NCBI GenBank assembly: GCA_950097015.1
Contig: CATNEN010000025.1
Location: forward strand, 7,130,001 to 7,194,000
DNA: 64,000 bases
Direction of reading: 5' to 3'
From: Macrostomum hystrix
Taxonomy: Eukaryota; Animalia; Platyhelminthes
Shown here: in pieces, positions 53,301 to 64,000 of the stretch
Layout of the letters: the number at the start of each line of letters is the position of its first letter
Position numbering within the stretch: position 1 is the first letter of the stretch
Notes under the pieces: model-generated
What the model saw: only the letters and a program-made list of their open reading frames with translations
Told to the model about the DNA's origin: nothing
Database searches by the model: none
Made by a program: the position numbers and the translations under genes

Positions 53301-56077
53301 TGGAGTGAGGTGGGTGTCTAGTGGAGTGAGGTGGGTGTCTAGTGGAGTGAGATGGATGTCTAGTGGAGTAAGGTGGGTGTCTAGTGGAGTAAGGTGGGTG
53401 TCTAGTGGAGTGAGGTGGGTGTCTAGCAAAGTGAGGTGGGTGTCTGGCGGAGTTAGGTGGGTGTCTAGCGGAATGAGGTTGATTTCTAGCTGAGGGAAGT
53501 GAGGGAAACTAAGATTAAATTTTCTTGTCATTTAATAGGACGCGAGAGTTCCTAAACTATCAGCTAGTGGAAGCACTGAAGTTTGTTTCCGATCTCGCCA
53601 GCCTATACGCTATTCGTTGCGCACTGTTGGCACAGTTCAAGGAGGTCAACGCCTCGCCAGACTGGGCCGCCTGCTGCTCGACAGTGTTTCAGCGTCGTCT
53701 AGACCTATGGATTGAAGTCTTTCAACCGGTGTTTCACACTAAACTGAAGGTATATCTTAATAGTGTGAGCTTCTAGCTTTCACGGTATAAAATCTTTATA
53801 AAAATGCTACTTCCTGACCTCCCCAGTCGCTGTGCGAGTCGGCCTTGGATTCCCTATACACCAGCTGGTCTGACGGCCTCGACCAGCTGCTAGCGGACAT
53901 CCGGACTGCCGGAGATTCGAACTCGTCCGCATCGGCAGGCGCTAATCAACGAACCGGCGAAAAAATTGGCCGAACTCACGCGGAGCTGGATCCGGCCGCT
54001 TACCTGTGGTCTGACTCGGCCAAGGAGTCCGTTGCCAACCGCCTAGCAATGCTGACTCCAAGGCTGCAGGCCCTCTGCGAAGCCTGTCGTGTCACTGTCC
54101 GCGGACTGTTTACCAGCATTGAGAATGCCGAGCTGGCGGAGAACAATGGCAGCGGTGGCGGCGAAGACGGTCAGTCGGCGGTTCGCGCCCTGTTGGATGA
54201 CTTCATCGGCCGCTGCGCTCTCAGATTGCAGTCGCTCGGAAACGCGGAGGCTGAGGCATGCGCGACGGCTTCTTCGTCCTCGGAGCACTGCCTGTTGGCT
54301 TTGCAGCGTCTGGCGGTTGCTATGGCAACTATGCTCCCAGGCCTAGCCACGGCTGCCTCACTGGCTGGCGTGGGCCACTCGCGCCGGCAGGCGACCAAGG
54401 CGGACCCGCGCCTCCGCGAAGTCGGCGAATCTCTGGCCAAAGCCTGGCTTGACGGCCTGTGCGAGCGGCACGTCAAGCGATTTGAACTGGCCCTGGGCGA
54501 GGAGGTCCTAGGTTCGAGTCGGGCATTCCTTGCCGCCTCAGCTAGATGGGATCGGCGGGCCGCTGCTGCCGCGGAGGGCCCGAGTGGCGCGGGTGCTGAC
54601 GTTGCTGCCGACGCGACTGCAGCCGCTGGCGCCCTGGTGCCCGTGTGCGCCTCGCGGCTCTGCCATCGGCTTTTGCTCGGCCTCAGCCGCGATTTGGGAA
54701 GGTGATTGATTCATAAATAACTAGACCCTGGCTTTCCGTGGCCTCGATGCGGATTCGAACTCATGACTTCCTGACGTATTTTTCTAGGGCTCAGATACGA
54801 TAATCAGGATTTGATAGTGAGAAATGGTGTGAGTGGCTGTGCGGGTAGCGCGTCTGACTCTCGCACCCAGAGTCCCTTAGTCCTGACCAACCCCCAAGAC
54901 ACTGTGAGAGTCAGAGCAGATGTACTATCATGTACACATCCCGTGTGTGAGCTCCAGTGTTAGTGGAATGTGTAGAATTGCCTCCTCGCTACCTGTGACA
55001 ATAATAATAATTGTACGAGCGTAGGAGGGCTGCACGCAAGGGCACATCATTTAGTTTCATTCAAGGAGGCACTTCTGCCCACTTCGCTGACTCCTGAGCA
55101 CACACGCACACAGATACTGTACGCGGGCACACGCTCACACAGGTGTGTATATCTGCCCTGACTTTCTCATCGCCAGGCAGTGTACATTTCACTGTGCCTT
55201 GGAGTCGTGTAAATTGCACGACTAGCCCCCAAGCCTTCTGTCCGCGGCCCCGCTGCCACCAACCCCCCTCCTCGCTGCCTGTGGTCGAAAATCGCCAAAT
55301 TATTGCGCCATTGCTATAGCCCCTTTCAAATACGATTATTGGTGTTGATAATCTTTAATTTTTTACTTGATTTTCGTCAAACGCAGGCGCGGTGGTCACA
55401 CCATGAGCCGGGCTAGCCTGCAGCACCTGCTTGTCAGCCTGACCAATCGCCTGCTAGCTATTATCGATCGCTGCCTCACCGCCCGACTGTCCGCATCCGA
55501 GTCTGACTCGGCGCATACCCTGGCGCCCAACCAGCTGGCCCAGCTGCTGTTCGACCTGCGCTTCCTGTTCGCCCTGCTTTCCCGCCGGGAGGACTCGCCG
55601 GCCAATGCCGAATTCGGCCGCGACCTGGAAGCCCTGCTGGGCCGCGTTGAATCGGTTATCGATCCGTTCGACCTGGAGGCCATGTCCGGCCCCCTGACTC
55701 AGTCGGCTGTGCGGCACGCCCACGCCTGCAGCTCCCTGTACGGCCTGCTGGCCTCCATAGACAGGCTGGGCGCGTTCGCCGCCCACCGGGTGTCGCCGGC
55801 TTCAACAGCCGCCTACAGTCAGGATCAAAGCGGGCCCTCTGTGCTGCCAGCGGCTACAACCGCAGCCAGGCATCTGCCTAGATTCGGCCTGCTGCCAGTG
55901 TCCGCCAGGCCTCTGACAGATCCTTCCGCAGCCGCTCCCCAGCTGACTGTGAAACTGCAGCAGCCGCAGCAGCAGCAGATGCTGAAGTCTGTACAGACGG
56001 TGCCAGCAAATCTGAGCTCAGTGCGAGAGTCGGCGTCATTCTACAATAAAATGAACTCAATTCTCTTCAAATCCTAG
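50340..56077 (+). CDS. COG1: Conserved oligomeric Golgi complex subunit 1 (8 exons, ~937 aa)
   Basis: Exons 50340-50452, 51308-51575, 51931-52257, 52532-52661, 52748-52946, 53539-53749, 53827-54701 and 55387-56077 are all GT-AG and phase-compatible (2814 nt). Signatures: LFEQNTVEQVRAIERKTRNEIERKKEELRFLVG|ERYRELIVAADVI, IRLLLDTPE, and C-terminal QLLFDLRFL...IDPFDL...YGLL...RFGLLP. Confidence 0.9.
50460..51275. repeat. Intronic minisatellite built from TGTTC pentamers + TGCTGTATTCAGTT (27/32-bp units)
   Basis: Directly visible in COG1 intron 1. Confidence 0.93.
51705..51830 (-). mobile_element. SINE family B-like fragment
   Basis: GGTACCAATTTCACAGCCGGGTG...GGAATCGAACCCCTGACCTT resembles the reverse of the family B core and B box. 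Confidence 0.45.
52315..52462. repeat. 21-bp minisatellite (GCGGAGTGAGGTTGGTGCTAA)n
   Basis: Directly visible in COG1 intron 3. Confidence 0.85.
53170..53490. repeat. 21-bp minisatellite (GTGAGGTGGGTGTCTAGTGGA)n
   Basis: Directly visible in COG1 intron 5. Confidence 0.93.
54825..55270. mobile_element. Two diverged SINE family A pieces in opposite orientations (about 54825-55000 plus, about 55005-55270 minus)
   Basis: GTGGCTGTGCGGGTAGCGCGTCTGACTCTCGCACC...GAATTGCCTCCTCGCT, followed by the reverse of the family A body (CTGACTCCTGAGCACAC...TTTCTCATCG...GTAAATTGCACGAC...CCCAAGCCTTCTGTCCGC). Confidence 0.65.
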
Positions 56078-56454
56078 AGCTGTGACATGCTTGTTTGCTG
56101 ACTAGCTGAATATGCGTTTCTGTTTCGTTATAACTTTTTCAGTTTAGAATTTAGTACATCTATCAACTAGCTCGATATACGGTTGATGCGAAAAATCTTG
56201 TCTTAGGTTCGATTTATCGTCACATTTTGTTCACGAAAACTGCCATCACAGGTCAAGGGTGTCTAAGTAGGCAGGTTTTTATTTCACTTTATTCACTTTG
56301 CTAGCTACTGACAACAGTAGTTATAAATATAAAATACACTTATTTATTGATAACAAACAGTTGCCTTATGTTTAGATCTGTTTAAACTGAAAATGATATC
56401 GTTTCTGCTCAGGTTTTGTTCAATATCTCTTTTACTATGGTTACAGAACTATCA

Positions 56455-56548
56455 CAGATCCACTGTGAATTTGAGTCACTCGATTCACTGCCGTCACAGA
56501 TATTCACTGTGAATTTGAGTCACTCGATTCACTGCCGTCAGATATCCA
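56455..56548. repeat. 44-bp tandem duplication
   Basis: CACTGTGAATTTGAGTCACTCGATTCACTGCCGTCA at 56461 and 56505. Confidence 0.85.
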
Positions 56549-58446
56549 CAGTGCAGTGAATGCAGTGTTGGGTCGTACATTTGTAATACCTGAGGGATAT
56601 CTAATTGTATATTTTGGCTCACATAAACAATAACAAGGTATTAGTGGAGTGGATTGCAGCGCATGCCAAAATCCCTGATTCAGGGATTTACAGTTGCAAC
56701 AGCCAAACTGGCTGCTCATTGGTTGACTGCAACACCAGCAGCAGCATTAGCAGGAGTAGGGATCACGGCAATAGGCGGGGAAGAGAGTAAATCTGCCAGT
56801 GTGATAGTACTCCAGTCCTGTAGGGGGTGGTACCTGCCTCTAATGCTGCTTAGTCCACACTACTTATTTACCACCGCACTGAGCGCGCACTGCGACCGAA
56901 TGCGCGCGATCTGTTGGACTGAGTTTCCCTGCAGTCGAATCCTTTTTTATTGAGAAGAAGATCCACTTACTCCTCAGCTCTGAAATATCCGTCTGGTAAG
57001 CTGCCCACCTCCCTCCCTCCCAGCAGTTGTCCTTGATTTTATTGATTGAGTTTTTTTTCGTCTCTCTCCCTCTCTCTCTCACACACACATGTTCGCTCTC
57101 ATTAATTTCGTCTGAGTCACTGCTCTGCGAGTTGAGTTTAGGGGCAGTTTTTTCTTTCTAGCAAATATCATCGGTTTTTTTTATCTATTTCTGGCAAAAG
57201 ACATTAGCTAGCTTGCTAGCTTGCTTCCAGTATACTGCGTGTAGATACACATTGTAACAGAAAACTACTTAATTATAGTTTCTATCATTTGCTTTTTCTA
57301 TTCGGCGAATAGCTCTGACATTGTTTGTTAATCTGAAATTTGATCATTTCATTTTAGTTTTTCTGTTCCGTTGACAGTCAAATATTCAGCATTGTGGAAT
57401 TTGGGAGGCTACAGAATGACTGTTCCACATCGGCACATAGGATCTGCCACGGCTTCAAACAGCTGGTCCTAGCCTCTTTAAAACAATTGTTGGTGACCGC
57501 CAACTGGTTTTGTCTTCTAGTAGAAGACAGTCTCAAGTAAAGTTGAAAGCAGATACAGCTATACTCATACTGAAATTAATCAGGCCATTGATCGCCTCGT
57601 GGTCGAAAATTCACTCAGCTCTACTGCCAACTGCCGGACCACTATTTTGGGCGTTTGCCCTGATCCCCACCTTCTGTGAATAATGTTCCCCATTTCTTTT
57701 ATTTCTTCCTTTCCGTCCTCCCCGCCCGGTCTCTGAGGCTCGGGTCAGTTTGCGCTGTCATGTTCTGGCAGCAATGTCTTTTGACTGTCGCCGGTTCGGG
57801 GTCTGCAGGTTGGAGTTGAGGAGCGTATTCCTCTAGAATGGGATCTCTAAAAGTGTGTGCGCAGATCCTTCCCATTGGTTTTTCTGTGAAATATTTCTCT
57901 CCCACTGCATTTCTCTCCCGAAAGTCTACAGTAAAAAAAACTCAGCATAAATTCCCACCAGCAGTCTGAAATCTCCCTAAAACTCAAACTTGAGTCTCCT
58001 CAAGGCGCCGCCCTTCCCACTAACCAGACCTACAGCCATTGCTCATCTTCTTATCAGAGAGCATCGCGTAAGTTTCTAAGCAAGAAATTTAGAATTTTGC
58101 CGTGTCTAATCGCTATTTGTCTTGAACTAATCCCGCAATTCACGCTTCTAATGTGCTTAACAAAATTTGAGCAGTGCTCAAACTCAGTATTCACCTGATA
58201 TTCCCATCGACTCCAGATATGAGTCATGTGACCTCCGCAGCGGGGGCTTCAAGGGTTAATTTGAGTGGAATGTGACATTGGGGATTAAAAATGGCATCCA
58301 TCATAGGTGTCCTACTGTTGGGAATGATTTATTAATTATTAAAGCATGATAGGTCAGTCTTGTGAAGCTAAATTTTAAACAGAACAAAACATTTTTGCCT
58401 ATCTAAACAGGAATTCAATATTAAGCAGCAAGTGCTACAAATCTAA

Positions 58447-59087
58447 ATGGACCAGCAGCAGCAGCAGCAGCAGCAGCAGGTGGTCATTAAGCGCAGTCAG
58501 AAGATGGAGACCACAGACGTCGCCTCGAACTACACGGCCGTGTCGAATCCGCGATCCGCCAGCGTCAGCCGCACCCAGGCGAGCTTCAGCGGTGGCAATG
58601 GCGGCGGCAGTAGCTCCTCGCACGCCAGCAGGTCGCACAGGTCGCGCCGGGCCTCGCTGGAGGCGGACATTCCGGACATCAAGAATGTAGTTGAGGCTCG
58701 CGGTCGCAGCAAGAAGGAGATGCAGGAGCTGAACGAGCGCCTCGGCAGCTACATCGAGAAGGTGACGTTTTGCAGAAATCGACTTTCTAACTTTCATTGG
58801 CCAGACGGTGATTGTGTTGTTTCTATTTTTATAAAAAGATAACATTTTGGGAAACTCCCCCGCTTTGTCTTTCAGACCCGCTACCTGCAGGCTCAGAACA
58901 AGAAGCTGAAGGACGAGCTGTCCGGCCTGAAGGCTCGCTGGGGTAAGGAGACTGAGAAGATTCGCCAGATGTACGACGTCGAGTTGAAGCAGCTGCGTCG
59001 CCTGCTGGACGATGCCGAGCGGATGAAGGGGGAGAAGGACGCCAAGCTGGCCTCGCTGGACGCCTACAACAAGGACATGCGCGACCA
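58447..59087 (+). CDS. Invertebrate cytoplasmic intermediate filament protein, exons 1-2 (58447-58761, 58876-59087); remainder not found in this window
   Basis: Ser/Gly-rich head followed by coil 1A KKEMQELNERLGSYIEK|TRYLQAQNKKL, then RWGKETEKIRQMYDVELKQLRRLLD, typical of protostome IF/neurofilament proteins. Junctions are GT-AG. Confidence 0.9.
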
Positions 59088-59131
59088 GTGAGTCTTTGTG
59101 CTGCAACCAGCTCTCACAGCATCGGGCCTGT

Positions 59132-59446
59132 AGGGGGTCGGTGGCAGAGCGATCTAACGCGTTTGCCTCTCGCACCAAGGTCCCTGAGCTCGATTCCACG
59201 CCGAGGCCACATTCATTTGAGGCGCAGCCGCGGACAGAAGGCTTGGGGGCTTGTCGCGCAATTTACGCCCTTGAGGGCCAACCTCCAAGACTAGGTGAAA
59301 GTCAGGGCAGATGTACACACCTATGTGTGCGCGTGTGCTCAGGAGTCAGCGAAATAGGCAGAATTGCCTCCTCGCTGGCTGCGGGTCTAGTGTCGTAAAA
59401 TAATGTGCTATTGCGCGCAGCCCTCCTGCAATTATTTTTATTATTA
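59132..59446 (+). mobile_element. tRNA-derived SINE, family A
   Basis: Aligns by eye along its length with 11142-11481; ends in an (ATT)-rich tail. Confidence 0.82.
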
Positions 59447-60526
59447 TAGGGCCTATTTAATTCTCTCATACTCTCCCTCCACTCACCTATATCTCATTTC
59501 TCATTTCTCTCTATTACTCATTCCTTTAGCACTCTTATTTTTAATTTCTCATTTTTCCCACAGTCCTTCTCACAGTAAAAAAATGACTACACCGACTGCT
59601 GTATATCTGAGCAAATATGATTGATTAAGCGGTGATTTCAATAATTTCCAATCAGCAGTCGCTGCATGCCCAATCTCACCCAAAGCAGATTTTCATTTAG
59701 TCTAATCTTCTATTCCTGTCTGTCGCAAGCGGAGTGCTCTAAAGTTGATCGAATTTAGTTGTCAGTGCAAATCTCATAAAATCTACTTTTCCACCCATCC
59801 ATTAGCAATGCCATGGTGTCTGAAGCTAGCTAGCGGCCTGTCATTCAAAGGTAGTAGAGCCGCTGTCTGTCGGGAAATGCCACCCCCTGGTCAATGGAGG
59901 CAATGAAGCGGACAATTGTTTAGGAGAAGAATAGCGCGCCTATAGATTATTGGGAAGAATGAAGCTTTAGTAGCGGCGCCGCCCCTGTTCCCTTCCTGCT
60001 GCTGCTGCTGCTGCAACACTTTCCGGTTGGTGCTGCATACTGGGCTTTGCGTGTCAGTCGACTCGCCATTCTATTATAATAGTGGGAGATTTTCCCCAAT
60101 GTATTTTACTATTTAACAGTTCGTCTCACAGCAGTGTTGGCTGCCTGGGCCGTGGTGGGGGCAGAAGTATAGCTCACGAATGAGGATTTCGCGCGACTAA
60201 AAATTCATCTTCTATATTTCTTTGTGTGGCTTCGCTCCGCCCAGTTCAATGCGGAAGTCTGGCACAGTCGATTGCTTCTTATTTTTAACATCGCTTTCCA
60301 TTTTTCGTTTCCTTCCGGAAGAGCGTCATTTCTTGCTTCTCTTCCACGCTGCCAAGAGTGCAGGCTCTGCATGGCTGCAACTGAATCATCCCTGAGTTCA
60401 GAAGAACTTTTAAATTCACCTACTCAACTCACTCACTCACTCTGAAGTCCTTAGGTCCCCTAAAAAATCCTTCAATCCCGTTCAAAATCATTAACTTTTC
60501 CTAACGATTTCCCCAAAGGTCCCTAA

Positions 60527-60772
60527 CTTCCCCCAATGATCCCTAGCTTCCCCCAATGATCCCTAACTTCCCCCAATGATCCCTAAATTCCCCCAATGAC
60601 CCCTAACTTCCCCCAATGATCCCTAACTTCCCACAATGATCCAATGATCCCTAACTTCCCCCAATGATCCCTAGCTTCCCCAAAGATCCCTAACTTCCCC
60701 CCTTCATCCCTAACTTCCCCAATAATCCCTAACTTCCCCCCTTCATCCCTAACTTCCCCCAATAATCCCTAA
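60527..60772. repeat. 20-bp minisatellite (CCCTAACTTCCCCCAATGAT)n
   Basis: Directly visible. Confidence 0.92.
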
Positions 60773-60782
60773 GTGCAAGGTG

Positions 60783-61058
60783 CAAAGTGCCAGTGTCTAA
60801 TAAACTCACAGCAAAGTGCCAGTGTCTAATAAACTCACAGCAAAGTGCCAGTGTCTAATAAACTCACAGCAAAGTGCCAGTGTCTAATAAACTCACAGCA
60901 AAGTGCCAGTGTCTAATAAACTCACAGCAAAGTGCCAGTGTCTAATAAACTCACAGCACAGTGCCAGTGTCTAATAAACTCACAGCAAAGTGCCAGTGTT
61001 TAATAAACTCACAGCAAAGTGCCAGTGTCTAATAAACTCACAGCAAAGTGCCAGTGTC
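60783..61058. repeat. 29-bp tandem repeat (CAAAGTGCCAGTGTCTAATAAACTCACAG)n, ~9.5 copies
   Basis: Directly visible. Confidence 0.95.
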
Positions 61059-61386
61059 ATCTATATTATCAATTGAAAAGGCAGCAATCATGGTTTCTTA
61101 AGTTGAATTTAAAACCCGAATATACCAAGTTCAGGTCGAATAGAATCGAGTTTATTTATTTGAATAGAATCGATAAAATATTTAACTATTTGTTGAGCAT
61201 AGTGGTCGAAGATACTCGTAGATTTCGCTGCAGTAATAAAACAGTTTGTCTTATACGAATGCTGAAAATGATTGGTAAAATAATTGTAAAATACGCAAAT
61301 AAGAAGCAAGGTGAGCATAATAGGCTCGCAGAAAAAAAAGTTTTTTTATTAAGAACATTGGAATTTAATAAACAAAATAGCACAGA

Positions 61387-63213
61387 TCAGCACTTCAAAG
61401 CAGAGAAAACCTTCCCGTCAGATTTAAGTCGTCCGGCTCCGCTCTTCAGGTAGCATCGTGGACCGATATTGGTGCCCTCGTGAGCCGTCCAGGAGTAGGA
61501 TCGGCAACCTGGAGTTGCTCCGCACAGACCCTGGCATTCGTTCCGATGTCCGCGCCTCTCGTGCTTGATGTCATGGCCTTCGATGTCAGCGCCGTCAAAG
61601 AAGCGCCAGCCCCACTGAGAACAGGGGTAGGAATTCGGGTCGCTTTTGAAGTCGCCACCGCCGCCGCCACCGCCGCCGCCACTGCCGCACATCAACGCGG
61701 AATAGACCTTCGAGTTTTGAACAAGTTCAGTTGCTCCGCTCTTCAGGTAGCATCGTGGACCGATATTGGTGCCCTCGTGAGCCGTCCAGGAGTAGGATCG
61801 GCAACCTGGAGTTGCTCCGCACAGACCCTGGCATTCGTTCCGATGTCCGCGCCTCTCGTGCTTGATGTCCTGGCCTTTGATGTCAGCGCCGTCGAAAAAG
61901 CGCCAGCCCCACTGAGTGCAGGGGTAGGAGTTCGGGTTGGTCTGAAAGCCAACACTTTGATGTTTAACCGTGACAGGCTCCGGGACAGGCCTTCTCGGCT
62001 CCGGAAGCTTGATAGTTTTCGTCCCAGTGGTAGACGTGCCGGACGGAGATATGAAGCGCACTTCGTTGCCAGAGGTCAGTTCGATAACTGTGGTTTGATC
62101 CGCGTCCTCGGACCGGAGGATGTGCTGTTTCATGCCACCTTAAAATGTTTGAAAATTATTTTATTAAGTAACTCCTCGAGAAGCAGAGCAAGCTGGGGTG
62201 TCTATTGGGTGTGTGATAACGTGGGACGCCAACACAAGGATTTAAATCCTGTAGGTTTTCGAGTTGGACAGCGATCGCGGTTGGTGCACCGGAAAACTTA
62301 GCGGTCAAATGTTTTGTAGCTGATTGTGTGTGGCTTACCTGTTCCTGCAGAATTGAAGATCTTGTCGGAAACGTAGACTGAACCCGCGGCCGCACCAGCG
62401 ATGGCGGCGGGGTTGCTACCTGAGGCTATGGCGCTTGCGGCGGCGGCTATCACGACTGTTCCCACCTTTGCCAGGAACTCCAGCGAGTCGATGAAGTCAC
62501 GAAAGTTCTTCGGATCAGTGACCTTCATTGTCACTCCGTCCTCCAGAACGTAATTCACCGACCACCTGGTGAAGGTTGTGCGGGACATTGGATTGATTTG
62601 ATAAGCGGTACATGCAAATTTCGAAAACAACAAATAATTAATTACACCTGTACCAGTCCAGCCGTCAGAACAGCGGCAGCTATTGTGCGGCGCATCTGAA
62701 GGCTGCGTACGGCTGTTCAGTCCATGGACTGGGGGGACGCCACGCCTACCCTCAATTAACCCAGATAATGCCGGTACCCATTTAACAGCTGGGTGAACTG
62801 AAGCAATGGAAGGTTAGGTGTCTTGCTAAAGGGCACAATTTTATCCAGTGGGGTCGGGAGTCGAACCCCCGACCTTCAAGACCTTCAAGTCGTTAGTCCA
62901 ACGCCCTAAAGAGGCGATAATTAGGTCAAACTATTCCATGCTTATTGGCTCACCAGTCTCTCCCGGTAGTGAGGAAGCCGGTGTGGTAAGTGACCTCCAA
63001 GTCTGTGCCCGTCTCTCCGCCATTCGGAATCCAGCCCTGCCAGGTGTACTTTTCTTTGTAGTCGTCGCTGTACTTGTGCACCACAGAGGCACTCGCCAAA
63101 CGTTGTCCAGTGCGGTTCCGGATGCGGACTCTAGCCTTGCGGACCGTCTTGCCCTCCACGAGGACGCTGAGCAGAAGCAGGGCAGACACGAGGAGCGTTT
63201 TGCGAAGCAGCAT
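61387..63213 (-). CDS. Secreted protein: signal peptide + PUD-1-like ('up-regulated in daf-2') domain with an Ala/Gly-rich hydrophobic insert + two PAN/Apple domains (3 coding exons, 412 aa)
   Basis: Exons 63213-62954, 62565-62339 and 62138-61387 have compatible phases (1239 nt). Signal peptide MLLRKTLLVSALLLLSVLVEG; YHTGFLTTGRDWW and KQHILRSED resemble the PUD1_2 family (from memory); two copies of G.DI...C...C...PGC.SYSW...CYLK. Confidence 0.8.
62640..62925 (-). mobile_element. SINE family B in intron 1 (coding) of the PUD-PAN gene
   Basis: Reverse complement of 7926-8245 (CAGTCCATGGACTG, GGTACCCATTT, TCTTGCTAAAGG, GTCGAACCC). Confidence 0.8.
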
Positions 63214-64000
63214 TTCCGACTAACAGTTGCGGAAGGCGAAAGCGGTGAACTTTTATTAAAAGATTGATTCTCTAATTTAATTTCTGTGAGCAAAAGTGTC
63301 GGTTAAAGTGTGTAATTTCCTACAGGAAGTTCTTTAACTAAATGAGAATTGGTAATAAACATTTTCTTACCTTCTGCAGGCGTTGCGCAAAATTCTGGAA
63401 GTTCTGGAAGCAGCTCAAACCTGTAGCTCGTATTTTGGCCGGTTCAATTTAAACAAAAAACTTCAGCCACTTAAAATACCACAGTCAAATCAATCGTTAG
63501 CCCTATTATAAAAACTGGTTTGATCCGGTTATGCATAGGCCAGTTCACACAGTAGTCAAATCTATCTCTCTGTGGGGTAGCAGACCAACCCCCTCCTCTT
63601 TATGCAGCCAGAGGGACGAAAAACTACGTACATATGGGGGCTTAACCGACGTTCAGATAACCAGCCGCACAGTCCTCAATCCGGCCAGCCCTAAACCGAT
63701 GAGTCATGTTTAATTTTGCATTTAGCACCAACAACAACAGGATTAGCCATCTGTCTCAAGCACATATCTAACCCTCGCTCTGATTGGTTGGCGCGATTGG
63801 TGTGTTTAAAAAGTTTTAACCCAAACAATGTGAGTAAATTTCAGCTTTATTTCTAACTGCTAGTCCATCCATCCTTCCTCTACCACCTTTACAAAATAGG
63901 TGCAACGCTCTTGAAACCAATTGATTGAACCAATTTTGATCGCGTTTTCTCTAAAAACCTTTCATTTGATCCAGTTTATCTATTCTGTCTTAATCATAAA

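Overview
This is repeat-rich eukaryotic (invertebrate animal) genomic DNA with spliced genes; the style suggests a flatworm such as Macrostomum, which is inference only. From left to right it holds: (1) the 5' half of a minus-strand PDE8-type cAMP phosphodiesterase gene whose introns are filled with minisatellites and SINEs; (2) a 29.6-kb Foldback-like Mutator (MULE/Phantom/FB-NOF-type) DNA transposon at 19071-48681; (3) a complete 8-exon COG1 gene; (4) the first two exons of an intermediate filament gene; (5) a minus-strand 3-exon gene for a secreted PUD-1-like + 2x PAN/Apple protein. The transposon has a 9-bp target-site duplication and two inverted ~9-kb arms made of a 170-bp tandem repeat. 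Its central ORF (transposase + Ulp1 protease + PHD finger, 1979 aa once reconstructed) is interrupted by an intact 4.5-kb I/Ingi-group LINE. That LINE carries an HDV/CPEB3-like ribozyme fold at its 5' end and a ubiquitin-C-terminus mimic (LHQVLRLRGG) ahead of its endonuclease. All family assignments come from motifs recognised by eye; no database search was run.
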